In this document: positions 50,419 to 59,174 of the stretch, one piece after another | How positions within the stretch are numbered: position 1 is the first letter of the stretch | Layout: each line of letters starts with the position of its first letter | Assembly (NCBI GenBank): GCA_963724765.1 | Contig: CAVRVY010000003.1 | Coordinates: 1,504,001 to 1,568,000 of the forward strand | Direction of reading: 5' to 3' | Source of the DNA: an uncultured delta proteobacterium | Lineage (GTDB): Bacteria; Desulfobacterota; Binatia; Binatales; Binataceae | DNA: 64,000 bases | Notes under the pieces: model-generated | Databases searched by the model: none | The model's input: the letters and a program-made list of their open reading frames with translations, nothing else | What the model was told of the DNA's origin: nothing | Program-made: the position numbers and the translations under genes

Positions 50419-51036
50419 ATGACGCGGCGCGTTTTCGGATTTCGCAGCGGCGCGTCGGCAGTTTGGATCGCCTCAGCGGCGATACTCATGCTGGCGCTTC
50501 CGTTCGCGGCGCGGGCTGAACTCGGCAAAGCCGCGGCGCGGGCGGTGGCGAGTCCTGCCGACGGCCTGCCAAAAGTAAGTCTTACAGACCAGAATGGCAG
50601 AGCGATCTCGCTTTCGTCATTGAAGGGCAAGCCGGCACTGGTCGCTTTTATCCACACCTCGTGCGAAGGGCCCTGCGAGCTGATCACTGCCGAGATGAAG
50701 TCGGTCGCGCGGAGCCTGGGGCCCAGCTTCAGGTCCGAAGTCACGATGGTCTCGATCACTACGGACCCCAAGGAGGACGGATCGCGCGAGCTGCTTGCCT
50801 ATGCCAAGGCGCAAGGAGTGGACGCCGACGGATGGGTGTTCCTGACCGGCGCGCCCGCAAAGATTCGCCGGCTCCTGGCCCTTTACGGCGTCTCGGCTGA
50901 AGACGACGACTCGGCCCACGTCCTGGAGCTGTTTCTGCTCAGCGCCGACGGCGTTGGATTACGCCGTTACAATGGTCTCGCGACACGTCCGGAAACGATC
51001 GCCTCGGATATCAGGAAAACCGTCTCGCTTCATTAG
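50419..51036 (+). CDS. SCO1/SenC copper chaperone
   Basis: N-terminal anchor, LTDQNG, TSCEGPC (CxxxC), ITTDP, WVFLTG, distal His (SAH). Confidence 0.88.
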   Translation: MTRRVFGFRSGASAVWIASAAILMLALPFAARAELGKAAARAVASPADGLPKVSLTDQNGRAISLSSLKGKPALVAFIHTSCEGPCELITAEMKSVARSLGPSFRSEVTMVSITTDPKEDGSRELLAYAKAQGVDADGWVFLTGAPAKIRRLLALYGVSAEDDDSAHVLELFLLSADGVGLRRYNGLATRPETIASDIRKTVSLH

Positions 51037-51219
51037 TCGAATCTGCCCGATCGCGCTCACCGCGCGCCGCTACGGCTGAAACAAATCGCCGCCGCCGGCC
51101 GTTTCTATTCCAGCAGGGGCTGTGAAAAGGTACTTGATAGCCGCGCTCGGTTGAGGAACAGGGCGCGCGCATGGCCGGGAAGGGCAGGGACGGGACCGGA
51201 GGGGACCCGGCAGGGCGTC

Positions 51220-52386
51220 ATGCTAAGGGACGGCAAGCGATACGGCGAGCGATTTGGTCTGACGGCGACGGCCGCGATCTGCGTTGCCATATTGCTCGCC
51301 GCAGTCTCGCCGGCAGCGCCGCAGCAGAACGGATTCGGCGCGCCTCCTTCGACAATCCATGATCAGGGCGGCTCGGTGCTCGAAGTGCCGGCGGCGCCGG
51401 CGAGCCAGGGCGGCAAGGAAGCCTCCACGATACCGCCGCTCACGCCGCAGCAGGGCCAGGAACTGGAACTTCCCGCGCGCGCGTTGCGCGCCCAGAGCGG
51501 CTACGAGCAGCTCACGGTGACGGTGACCGATCAGGGCGGCCGTTACGTCACCGGCCTGCAGAAGAGCGATTTCCGCATCTACGTCGACGGCATCCAGCAG
51601 CCGCTCGAGTTCCTGCGCCGCGACACCAACACGCCGGTGTCGATCGGAATCCTTGTTGACACCTCGGGCAGCATGGAACCGAAGATTCCACAGGCGCGCG
51701 CGGCGATTGCGGAGTTCATCCGCGAGCTCAACCCGAGCGACGATATCTTCCTGTATGCGTTCTCAGACCAGCAATTCCTGTTGCAGCCGTTTACGATCAA
51801 TCATGAGCTGGTGATGCGCCGGCTCGGTCTGCTCCATGCCTTTGGTGACACGGCGATCTTCGACACCATCATAGATGGTCTGCACAGGATCAGTCGCGGG
51901 CGCTACGACAAAAAAGCGTTGCTGGTCGTGACCGACGGGATGGACAATGCGAGCCGGGCGACGCTGCCGGAGGTGGTTGGCCGCGCGCGCCGGATGGGCG
52001 TGCTGATCTACTCGATCGGAATCGGCGATCCGAACTCGAGCAAGATCGGTTTCGGCATCGGCTCGCTGCTGTTTGGCGGCAATCTCGACCACGTCGACGC
52101 CGAGATGTTGCGCGAGCTGTCGACCGAGAGCGGCGCGCGTACCTACCTGCTGCGCGAAGTTGGCGACGGTGAACTGCTGCGCCAGGATTGCGTCGCAATC
52201 AGCAACGAGTTGCGAGAACAATATACTGCGGGCTTCGTGGTCCCGGATCCCTCGATGCCGGGTTATCGCAGCCTGCGCGTGGACATCCCGGGAAGGCCCG
52301 AGCTTACGGTACGCACGCGCAAAGGCGTGACCGTTGGCCCGGGCGCGCCGCCAGCATACGCCGGTGCTGGCGTGCCAAATCCGTAG
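51220..52386 (+). CDS. Exported VWA domain protein
   Basis: TVTDQGGRYVTGL, MIDAS DTSGS, TAIFD, VTDG. Confidence 0.85.
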   Translation: MLRDGKRYGERFGLTATAAICVAILLAAVSPAAPQQNGFGAPPSTIHDQGGSVLEVPAAPASQGGKEASTIPPLTPQQGQELELPARALRAQSGYEQLTVTVTDQGGRYVTGLQKSDFRIYVDGIQQPLEFLRRDTNTPVSIGILVDTSGSMEPKIPQARAAIAEFIRELNPSDDIFLYAFSDQQFLLQPFTINHELVMRRLGLLHAFGDTAIFDTIIDGLHRISRGRYDKKALLVVTDGMDNASRATLPEVVGRARRMGVLIYSIGIGDPNSSKIGFGIGSLLFGGNLDHVDAEMLRELSTESGARTYLLREVGDGELLRQDCVAISNELREQYTAGFVVPDPSMPGYRSLRVDIPGRPELTVRTRKGVTVGPGAPPAYAGAGVPNP

Positions 52387-52439
52387 CCGCGTTTGCGCGT
52401 CATCCTGGTATAGGCCGGGCCATGCGAGCGAATAGATAC

Positions 52440-53174
52440 TCACCCGGGGATGGTAGCCGGGTTGATTCCGCACCCCCCTCCAACCTGCTGACTACTGATA
52501 ACTTGCCCGCGGCGACTAGCCAATCCTCCCGCTCTTTTCGGCGCCAATCCCGCACGCACTGGATACGGCTGGTACCGGATTGTCCGGTCGCGCCGAACAG
52601 GTGAATGGCGCACGGTAAGGCTAGAGCCGCCATCATGATCTTCCACGGACAGAGCGACACGGCAGACTCCGCCGGATGTTCCCGTGGACTTGAACCCGCG
52701 TCGGATAAGAAAGCGCATCGCGCCGCGGTTCGACGCCATAACGTCGGCCTCCAATCGATCGAGTCGCACGTGCCGCGCCAGCCCGATGAGGGATTCCAGC
52801 AGGAGCCTGCCAACTCCTCGACGCTGATAGGCATCAACGACGCTTAGCGCCACCTCGGCTACCGACCGGCACTCTTCCAATGCCACGTAGCGGCCGTCGC
52901 TTACAATGGTCTCTGAGTCGCCGCCGTTGATGGTCGTTACCACCAGCGCGACATGGCGCAGGAAGTCCGGCTCCGTAAAAAAGCGTAGCTCGTGAGACGA
53001 GAGTCCATTTTTGATACCGAAGAATCGATGGTAGCGAGAATCAGAACTCAGCCCGTCAAAGTGACGTGCAAGGCGTTGCTTGTCGTTGGGGCGGATTGCG
53101 CGAATCCGTACGGGAGTTCCGTCGTGTAAAGTCGCATTAGCAGAGTAGTCCGATAGCGCGTTGATTGCCCACAT
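52440..53174 (-). CDS. Stand-alone GNAT acetyltransferase (Pat-type GNAT domain)
   Basis: LHDGTPVRIRAIRP, LSSDSRYHRFF, AEVALSVVDAYQRRGVG. Confidence 0.82.
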   Translation of the reverse strand: MWAINALSDYSANATLHDGTPVRIRAIRPNDKQRLARHFDGLSSDSRYHRFFGIKNGLSSHELRFFTEPDFLRHVALVVTTINGGDSETIVSDGRYVALEECRSVAEVALSVVDAYQRRGVGRLLLESLIGLARHVRLDRLEADVMASNRGAMRFLIRRGFKSTGTSGGVCRVALSVEDHDGGSSLTVRHSPVRRDRTIRYQPYPVRAGLAPKRAGGLASRRGQVISSQQVGGGCGINPATIPG

Positions 53175-53193
53175 GCTTTGTCCTTTTCATCCC

Positions 53194-53265
53194 GATGCTC
53201 GGCTCTTCAAGCCGTTTGATGCTCGACTGTTCAAGCCGTCTGATGCCCGGCTCTTGAAGCCGCTC
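53194..53265. repeat. 24-bp tandem repeat x3 with internal palindrome
   Basis: gatgctcggctcttcaagccgttt / gatgctcgactgttcaagccgtct / gatgcccggctcttgaagccgctc; core CGGCT-N5-AGCCG. Confidence 0.85.
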
Positions 53266-53357
53266 GTTTGCAGATTACGGATCGGCGCGAAGCCTTTGGC
53301 CATTCGCGAAACCGCTGTGCGCGTTTAGCGAGGAATGCCACGGGCGTCGCTAATCCA

Positions 53358-53373
53358 AGCAGCATCCGTGCCA
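53358..53373 (-). promoter_or_regulatory. Sigma54 (-24/-12) promoter upstream of the GNAT gene
   Basis: TGGCACGGATGCTGCT (GG-N10-GC). Confidence 0.62.
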
Positions 53374-53624
53374 TCACCTCTCCAGAATTTCCTGGCCATC
53401 AATGTTTCCCCTAACAGAGCATCACGTGCTCATTCCCTGTGCCTGCGCCATTAGCTTGGACAGACAACCTCTGCCGATACTGCGGAAAGCGCAGAGCATA
53501 GGAGATAATTTCGAGAGAGATCGTTACGAACTTGTTATGAATCGGCTGCGATCGCCGATATCAAAAAGCGCTTGCATGGAGGGTCAGGCGTGCGGGACTG
53601 AGACATGGACAGTAAATTAAACGC

Positions 53625-54239
53625 CTAACCTGTTACTTGATCGCTCAGTCCCTCCAGGTCGTGACTCATCACCACAAGATCGCGCGCCCGGCCTTTACGA
53701 TCCACCACCCAATCCTGTAACAGCGCTTCGACACTGAAACCTAACTTCTCGAACGCGGCACGAGCGCCAGCCTGATCGGGCGTCATCATCGCGGCCATCT
53801 TCTTAAGTCCGCGTGCTTGTCCCAGTCGAAAGATTTGCGCCGCAAGTTGTCTGCCGAGGCCCATGCCCCTGTATGGGACGCCGACCTGGACACGAATCTC
53901 GCCGACTCTGCGCGTCCAACGCGCCTGCTCAAGATGCAGGCTCGCGTAGCCAGCTAATTCGCCATCGACTTGCGCCAGCACGGTCATCGTCGCGCCCTTT
54001 TCGAGATTTGCGATCCACTCGTCAACGAGTGCCGGTTCGGTGATGTCGGTGCGCAAAAAGAGCAGATCATCGGGCGGTAGCGATCGTGCAAAGCCCAATA
54101 TTTTTTGCTTGTCCGCCGCTTCCATCAGCCTGAGCGACACTCGCCGGCCGTCGGAAAGTTTCAACTCTCTGGCATAGCCAGAATCTTCGCCCGCTTCCTG
54201 TTTAGCCATGGATGTCTCCCTTGTGGCCTGCACCGCCAT
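53625..54239 (-). CDS. GNAT acetyltransferase
   Basis: LSDGRRVSLR, VGEIRVQVGVPYRGMGLG, AFEKLGF. Confidence 0.82.
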   Translation of the reverse strand: MAVQATRETSMAKQEAGEDSGYARELKLSDGRRVSLRLMEAADKQKILGFARSLPPDDLLFLRTDITEPALVDEWIANLEKGATMTVLAQVDGELAGYASLHLEQARWTRRVGEIRVQVGVPYRGMGLGRQLAAQIFRLGQARGLKKMAAMMTPDQAGARAAFEKLGFSVEALLQDWVVDRKGRARDLVVMSHDLEGLSDQVTG

Positions 54240-54427
54240 GAGCCATCGGATCGGAATCGGAAGAGCGATTACAAGGACAGGATATCAAACCGGTCGAGCC
54301 TTTGTAGAGCAATCTATGCGGTCGAGCGGCCGGATTCGCGTCGCAGTGGAAAGATATTCAATTGACGAAATCAGAGAATTGGCGCATCGTTGAGTGTCTA
54401 AGCTGCAACAAGATCCGGAGCGTCAAA

Positions 54428-55966
54428 ATGGCTGAGGCAAGCAAACTTTCGCGCCGCCTGAGCACCCAGGACGCTTCATTTCTATACAACGAGACGCCCA
54501 ACGGCCCACTGCACATCGGTCTCCTCCAAACCTTCGAAGGCGAGATCGAGTTCGATCGGCTGATAGAGTATTTCGAGCGCCGCATTCATCTTTTGCCGGG
54601 TTACCGGCAGCGCCTGATTTTCGCGCCGTTTAACCTCGCTCACGCGACCCTGGAGGATGATCCGGCGTTCGAGCTGCGCAATCACCTAAAGCGCCACACG
54701 CTCCACAGCGGCGCCGACGACGCTGAAATGGCCGAAATAGCGATGTGCGTCAACGAGCCTCCGTTGGAGCGGAGCCGCCCGCTATGGGAATTGCATCTGT
54801 TCCAGGGCCTCGAGGGCGGCCGTTCAGCGCTGCTGTGGAAAATCCATCACTGCATTGTCGACGGGGTCTCAGCGTTGCAATTGATTGCGACCGCGATGGA
54901 TCTGAGACCTGACGCTCCGGCGCCGGCGCCTGAGCGTGAGCCGTGGGCGCCCGCGAGCCTGCCCGACAGCTCCAAGTCCCTGCTGGACGCGGCGGTAGCG
55001 CTGGTCGAGAACCGGCTCGATGAACTGCATGAGGCCGCAAGACTGCTGAGCTCGCCGGCCGATCTGGCCGAGCGGAGCGCTGCGATGGCCGGCGCGGCCG
55101 CGCAGATGTTCCAGATGATGTCGCGGCCGATCGTTGCGGCGCCATGGAACATGGGGCTCGTCAGCCGGGCCTGCTCGCTAGCGTGGCTTAGGGTCTCTTT
55201 CGGCGACCTTCGCGCAATCCGCAGCGCGCTTGGTGGCACGGTCAATGACGTGGTGCTGACTATCCTGAGCGAGGGCGCCGCGCGCTACCTGAAACACCAC
55301 GAGGTCGCCACAGATGGGCTTGCGCTGCGCGTCGGATGTCCGGTCAACGTGCGGCGCGAGGGCGAGAACGGAGCGATGGGCAACCGGGTATCAATGATGT
55401 TTCCCGAATTGGCGGCGACGCCGATGGACCCAATCGAGCGCTACCGCTCAGTAGTGCGGGAGACCGAGCGAATCAAGGCTGCGCGCGAGCCGCAGGGGAT
55501 GGACTTGCTAACGGCGACCGCTGACTCGGTCTCGCCCGGCTTGCAAGACTTCAACTCGAAGATGACAAATAGCGCGATCGAGGCCGCGACACGGCTCTCC
55601 GAGTTCACAGGCGGTCTGGCCCGAATGATCGCGGGGCCGCCGATGGGGATCAACTTCATCGCTACGAACGTGCCGGGGGCTCAGGTTCCGATGTACCTGG
55701 CGGGGCATCGGATGCTCGATTTCGTCGGCCTCGTTCCACTGGCGGGCACGCTCGGCTATGGCGTGGCGATAGTTAGCTACAATCAGAACCTGTTCTTTGG
55801 ACTGATGGCGGAGCCGCAGATGATGCCCGACGTGGAATTCATGAAGTCGTGCATCGCAGACGCCTTTGAGGAACTCAAGGCCGCAGTGCAAAGAGTAATG
55901 TCCGCGCAAGAGCAATTGATAAAGGCGGCCGGACAAGTACTGAAACGCGATTCAGCGCTGGCGTGA
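54428..55966 (+). CDS. Wax ester synthase/diacylglycerol acyltransferase
   Basis: LSTQDASFLYNE, PLWE, HHCIVDG (HHxxxDG), TVNDV, TNVPG. Confidence 0.92.
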   Translation: MAEASKLSRRLSTQDASFLYNETPNGPLHIGLLQTFEGEIEFDRLIEYFERRIHLLPGYRQRLIFAPFNLAHATLEDDPAFELRNHLKRHTLHSGADDAEMAEIAMCVNEPPLERSRPLWELHLFQGLEGGRSALLWKIHHCIVDGVSALQLIATAMDLRPDAPAPAPEREPWAPASLPDSSKSLLDAAVALVENRLDELHEAARLLSSPADLAERSAAMAGAAAQMFQMMSRPIVAAPWNMGLVSRACSLAWLRVSFGDLRAIRSALGGTVNDVVLTILSEGAARYLKHHEVATDGLALRVGCPVNVRREGENGAMGNRVSMMFPELAATPMDPIERYRSVVRETERIKAAREPQGMDLLTATADSVSPGLQDFNSKMTNSAIEAATRLSEFTGGLARMIAGPPMGINFIATNVPGAQVPMYLAGHRMLDFVGLVPLAGTLGYGVAIVSYNQNLFFGLMAEPQMMPDVEFMKSCIADAFEELKAAVQRVMSAQEQLIKAAGQVLKRDSALA

Positions 55967-56126
55967 TCGCGTCACTGATTGGGCATAGACGCGAGGAGCA
56001 CAAACCGCTCGGTTGCATAGGGGCCAGGCCTTCAAACCGATTTCCTGAAGAGCACCGAAAGCTCCGGCTCAACAAGTTTCCGGCGTCGCCGGCCCCGCAG
56101 GGCCGCAAGGTGTCAGGAGAAAGAGC

Positions 56127-56624
56127 ATGGGACAGCCAGAAAACGATGGCGATATAGCTGCACTCTATCAAGCCCTGGGGGCCGAGGTGCAGGAGGTCCT
56201 GCGCAAGGCGTCAGCGGCGGGAGCCGATCGCGAAGAAGTGCGCGCCGCGGCCTGGAAGGCCTACGAAGCCTGGGTGCGCGCTGCGCATGCTTCAATCGAG
56301 AAGGTGGTGGCGACGCCGGCGGTTGGCGACGCGGCCGCGGGAGTGCTCAATCTCTTCTTGCGCGCGGCGCAAGTCGGCAACTCCGTGGTGGGCTCGCTGT
56401 TCGCGCCGCTGTGGCCGCTGGTCGGACTGACCCCGCTGACCGAGACGCAGGCGTTGTTCGATAGAATCGAGAGCCTGCGGCGCGAGGTGCGACAATTCAC
56501 CGCGCCGGGCATGCCGAAACCGATCGCGCCCGTCGCTGCGCCTCGCGCGGCGGCGCCCCGGAGCCGGCGTGGACAAAATGGAAATGTTTCCCGTGACAAG
56601 AAGCCGGCTGCCATTAGCCAGTAG
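56127..56624 (+). CDS. Short PhaE-like subunit
   Basis: YEAW and GLTPLTETQALFDRIESLRREVR resemble the PhaE C-terminus; directly upstream of phaC. Confidence 0.55.
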   Translation: MGQPENDGDIAALYQALGAEVQEVLRKASAAGADREEVRAAAWKAYEAWVRAAHASIEKVVATPAVGDAAAGVLNLFLRAAQVGNSVVGSLFAPLWPLVGLTPLTETQALFDRIESLRREVRQFTAPGMPKPIAPVAAPRAAAPRSRRGQNGNVSRDKKPAAISQ

Positions 56625-56669
56625 AACGCGACCAGCCGGCGCTGTCGCGCCGTGCAAAAGGCAAGCGCT

Positions 56670-57740
56670 ATGTCACTGATGACCGAACTTCCGATGTACT
56701 GGTTGGATGGCGCGGTGCGAGCGCTCGACGGCAGGCGCCGGGGATTGAGCGACCATTATCCGCTGAGCGAAGATCCTCCGGGAATAACTCCGTACGAGGT
56801 TGTTTACGAAGGCGGGAAAGTCAGGCTGCGGCACTACGCGGCGCAAGGGAATTCGCATCGCACGCCGCTGGTCTTCGTCTATGCGCTGATCAAGAGACCC
56901 TTCATACTCGATCTGTTTCCGGGACGCAGCGTGATGGCGAACCTGACCCGACAAGGCTTCGACGTCTACATGGTTGAATGGATTCCGCCGGCGCGGGCTG
57001 ACAGTTGGCGCGGATTCGACGCCTACGTGAACCATGACCTTGGCGATACGATGCGCGCGGTTCAAAACCTGACCGGCGTGGCGAAAGTTAATTTGCTGGG
57101 CTACTGCTTCGGCGGCCTGCTGACGCTGTTGTACGCGGCGTTGCATCCCGACGACATCAAGAACCTGATCACGCTCACGACGCCGTTCGACACCGCGGTC
57201 GAAGGCAATCCGCTGTTCAATCTCGAGAGCAGATTCAGCGGCCAGACAGTTGACCTGGTCACGTCGGTGTACGGGAATTGCCCGGCGTGGTTTATAAGAG
57301 GACTATTCACTGCGACCGCCGTCGTACATCACGCGATCGACAAGTACGTCGCGCTCTATCGGAACAAGGAGAAGGAGGACTACGCGGAGTTCTTCGACTT
57401 GTTCGAGCAATGGATGGCTGGCGACGTGCCGCTGGCCGGACGGATATTCCGCGAGGTGACGCGGGAAATCTTTCAGAAGAACCTGCTTAAGAAGGGTGAG
57501 TTCAACGTGGGCGGCGAGCACGTGGACCTGGGAAAGATCGTCTGCCCGCTGCTCAACGCGGTCGGCGAGTACGATGACGTGGTGTTTCCGGCCTCCAGTC
57601 TGCCGTTGATAGATTTCGTCGGCAGCGAGGACAAACGCAATCTGACGTTTCCCGCGGGACACATCGGGATGGTGGTGAGCGGCGCGGCGCACAAACAGTT
57701 CTGGCCACAAGTAGGCGCCTGGCTCGCCGAACGTGACTGA
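56670..57740 (+). CDS. phaC: Class III-type PHA synthase
   Basis: TPYEVVY, YALIKRPFILDL, GYCFGG (catalytic Cys), DDVV, GHIG; about 356 aa. Confidence 0.85.
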   Translation: MSLMTELPMYWLDGAVRALDGRRRGLSDHYPLSEDPPGITPYEVVYEGGKVRLRHYAAQGNSHRTPLVFVYALIKRPFILDLFPGRSVMANLTRQGFDVYMVEWIPPARADSWRGFDAYVNHDLGDTMRAVQNLTGVAKVNLLGYCFGGLLTLLYAALHPDDIKNLITLTTPFDTAVEGNPLFNLESRFSGQTVDLVTSVYGNCPAWFIRGLFTATAVVHHAIDKYVALYRNKEKEDYAEFFDLFEQWMAGDVPLAGRIFREVTREIFQKNLLKKGEFNVGGEHVDLGKIVCPLLNAVGEYDDVVFPASSLPLIDFVGSEDKRNLTFPAGHIGMVVSGAAHKQFWPQVGAWLAERD

Positions 57741-57763
57741 GAAGGCGCGCCGCCTGCGCCAGT

Positions 57764-59170
57764 CTACAGCAGGGCGCGGCGCATGTCTGAGAGTATTGCG
57801 CCCAGGTAGGTGACGAAGCGCGCGGCGAGCGCGCCGTCGATCACCCGATGATCGTAGGCGAGCGACAGCGGCAGCATCAGGCGCGGAACGAAAGCGCCGT
57901 CGCGCCATACCGGTTTACGGCTGAGCCGCGAGAGTCCGAGAATAGCCACTTCGGGCGCGTTGATAATCGGCGTGAACGCGGTGCCGCCGATTCCGCCAAG
58001 GCTCGACACGGTGAAGCATCCGCCCTGGATGTCGGCCATCTTGAGCTTTCCCTCGCGCGCCGCCTGCGCAAGCGCCGCGGTGTCGCGCGCGATTTGCAGC
58101 ACGCCCTTTTTATCAACGTCGCGAATCACCGGCACCACCAGGCCCTCGGGCGTGTCAGCGGCAAAGCCGAAGTGGAAATACTTCTTCAGAATGAGGTTGT
58201 CGCCGTCGAGCGACGAGTTGAATTCTGGATACTCAGTCAGCGCGCGGACCAGCGCTTTAAGCACAAAGGCCAGCATCGTGATACGGACGCCGTCGTTTGT
58301 GTGCGCCTCGCCGAGTTCGTGGCGCAAGGCCTCGAGTTCGGTTACGTCGGCCTCGTCGAACTGGGTGACGTGCGGGATCATGACCCAGTTGCGCGCCAGG
58401 TTCCCCTTTGCAATGCGGCGGATGCGCGATAGCGGGAGCGTTTCGATCTCGCCGAATTTGGCGAAGTCGATCTTCGGCCACGAGACCAGCTCCAACGCGG
58501 CGCCCACGCCTGCGCCGGTTGCGCGGCCCGGGGCCGCGATCGCGGATTTCACGAACTTCTGCACGTCGCTTCTGAAGATTCGTCCGTTCAATCCGGTGCC
58601 CTGGACGGCATGCAGATCGACGCCGAGCTCACGCGCGAATTTGCGCACGGACGGGCTCGCGTGCGGTTTGTGATCGGACTCGGTCTCGGTCTCGCCGATT
58701 AGTTCGGTAGATTCGGGCCGGGCCGCCGTGGCCGCATCGGGTTTGCCGGGCGCAGCGGGAGCACTCTGGGAAGTCGCCGTCGGCGCCGCGGCGGCGGAGG
58801 CGGGCTTTGCCCGCTGGGGCGGTTCAGCCTTGGCCGGTGTGGGACTGGTGGCGGCCGGCGCCGCCGCCGGTGCTGGTTTGGCCTCGGCCGAGGGCTTGCC
58901 CGCTGCCGCAGGTTTGCCATCGGCCGCCGCCGCGGTCTCGATCACGACGATTGCCGAGCCCTCCGAAACCTTGTCGCCGACTTTGACCCGGATTTCCTTG
59001 ACTACACCGGCCTCAGTCGACGGCACTTCCATCGAGGCCTTGTCGGATTCGATGGTAATCAGCGAATCGTCAACGCGGACCGGGTCGCCCGGTTTGACCA
59101 TCACTTCGATGACTTCGACGTCGGAGAAATCGCCTATGTCGGGAATCTTGATATCGACCAGCGCGCCCAT
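57764..59170 (-). CDS. aceF: Pyruvate dehydrogenase E2 (single lipoyl domain)
   Basis: IPDIGD, ESDKASMEVP, HASPSVRKFARELG, DHRVIDG. Confidence 0.95.
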   Translation of the reverse strand: MGALVDIKIPDIGDFSDVEVIEVMVKPGDPVRVDDSLITIESDKASMEVPSTEAGVVKEIRVKVGDKVSEGSAIVVIETAAAADGKPAAAGKPSAEAKPAPAAAPAATSPTPAKAEPPQRAKPASAAAAPTATSQSAPAAPGKPDAATAARPESTELIGETETESDHKPHASPSVRKFARELGVDLHAVQGTGLNGRIFRSDVQKFVKSAIAAPGRATGAGVGAALELVSWPKIDFAKFGEIETLPLSRIRRIAKGNLARNWVMIPHVTQFDEADVTELEALRHELGEAHTNDGVRITMLAFVLKALVRALTEYPEFNSSLDGDNLILKKYFHFGFAADTPEGLVVPVIRDVDKKGVLQIARDTAALAQAAREGKLKMADIQGGCFTVSSLGGIGGTAFTPIINAPEVAILGLSRLSRKPVWRDGAFVPRLMLPLSLAYDHRVIDGALAARFVTYLGAILSDMRRALL

Positions 59171-59174
59171 CGCA

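Noticed and set aside
53194-53265. Mini CRISPR array
   Set aside because: Units are contiguous without spacers; no cas genes.
45000-54300. Horizontally acquired island (seems to have more A/T-ending codons)
   Set aside because: Impression only, not computed; no mobility genes or boundary repeats found.
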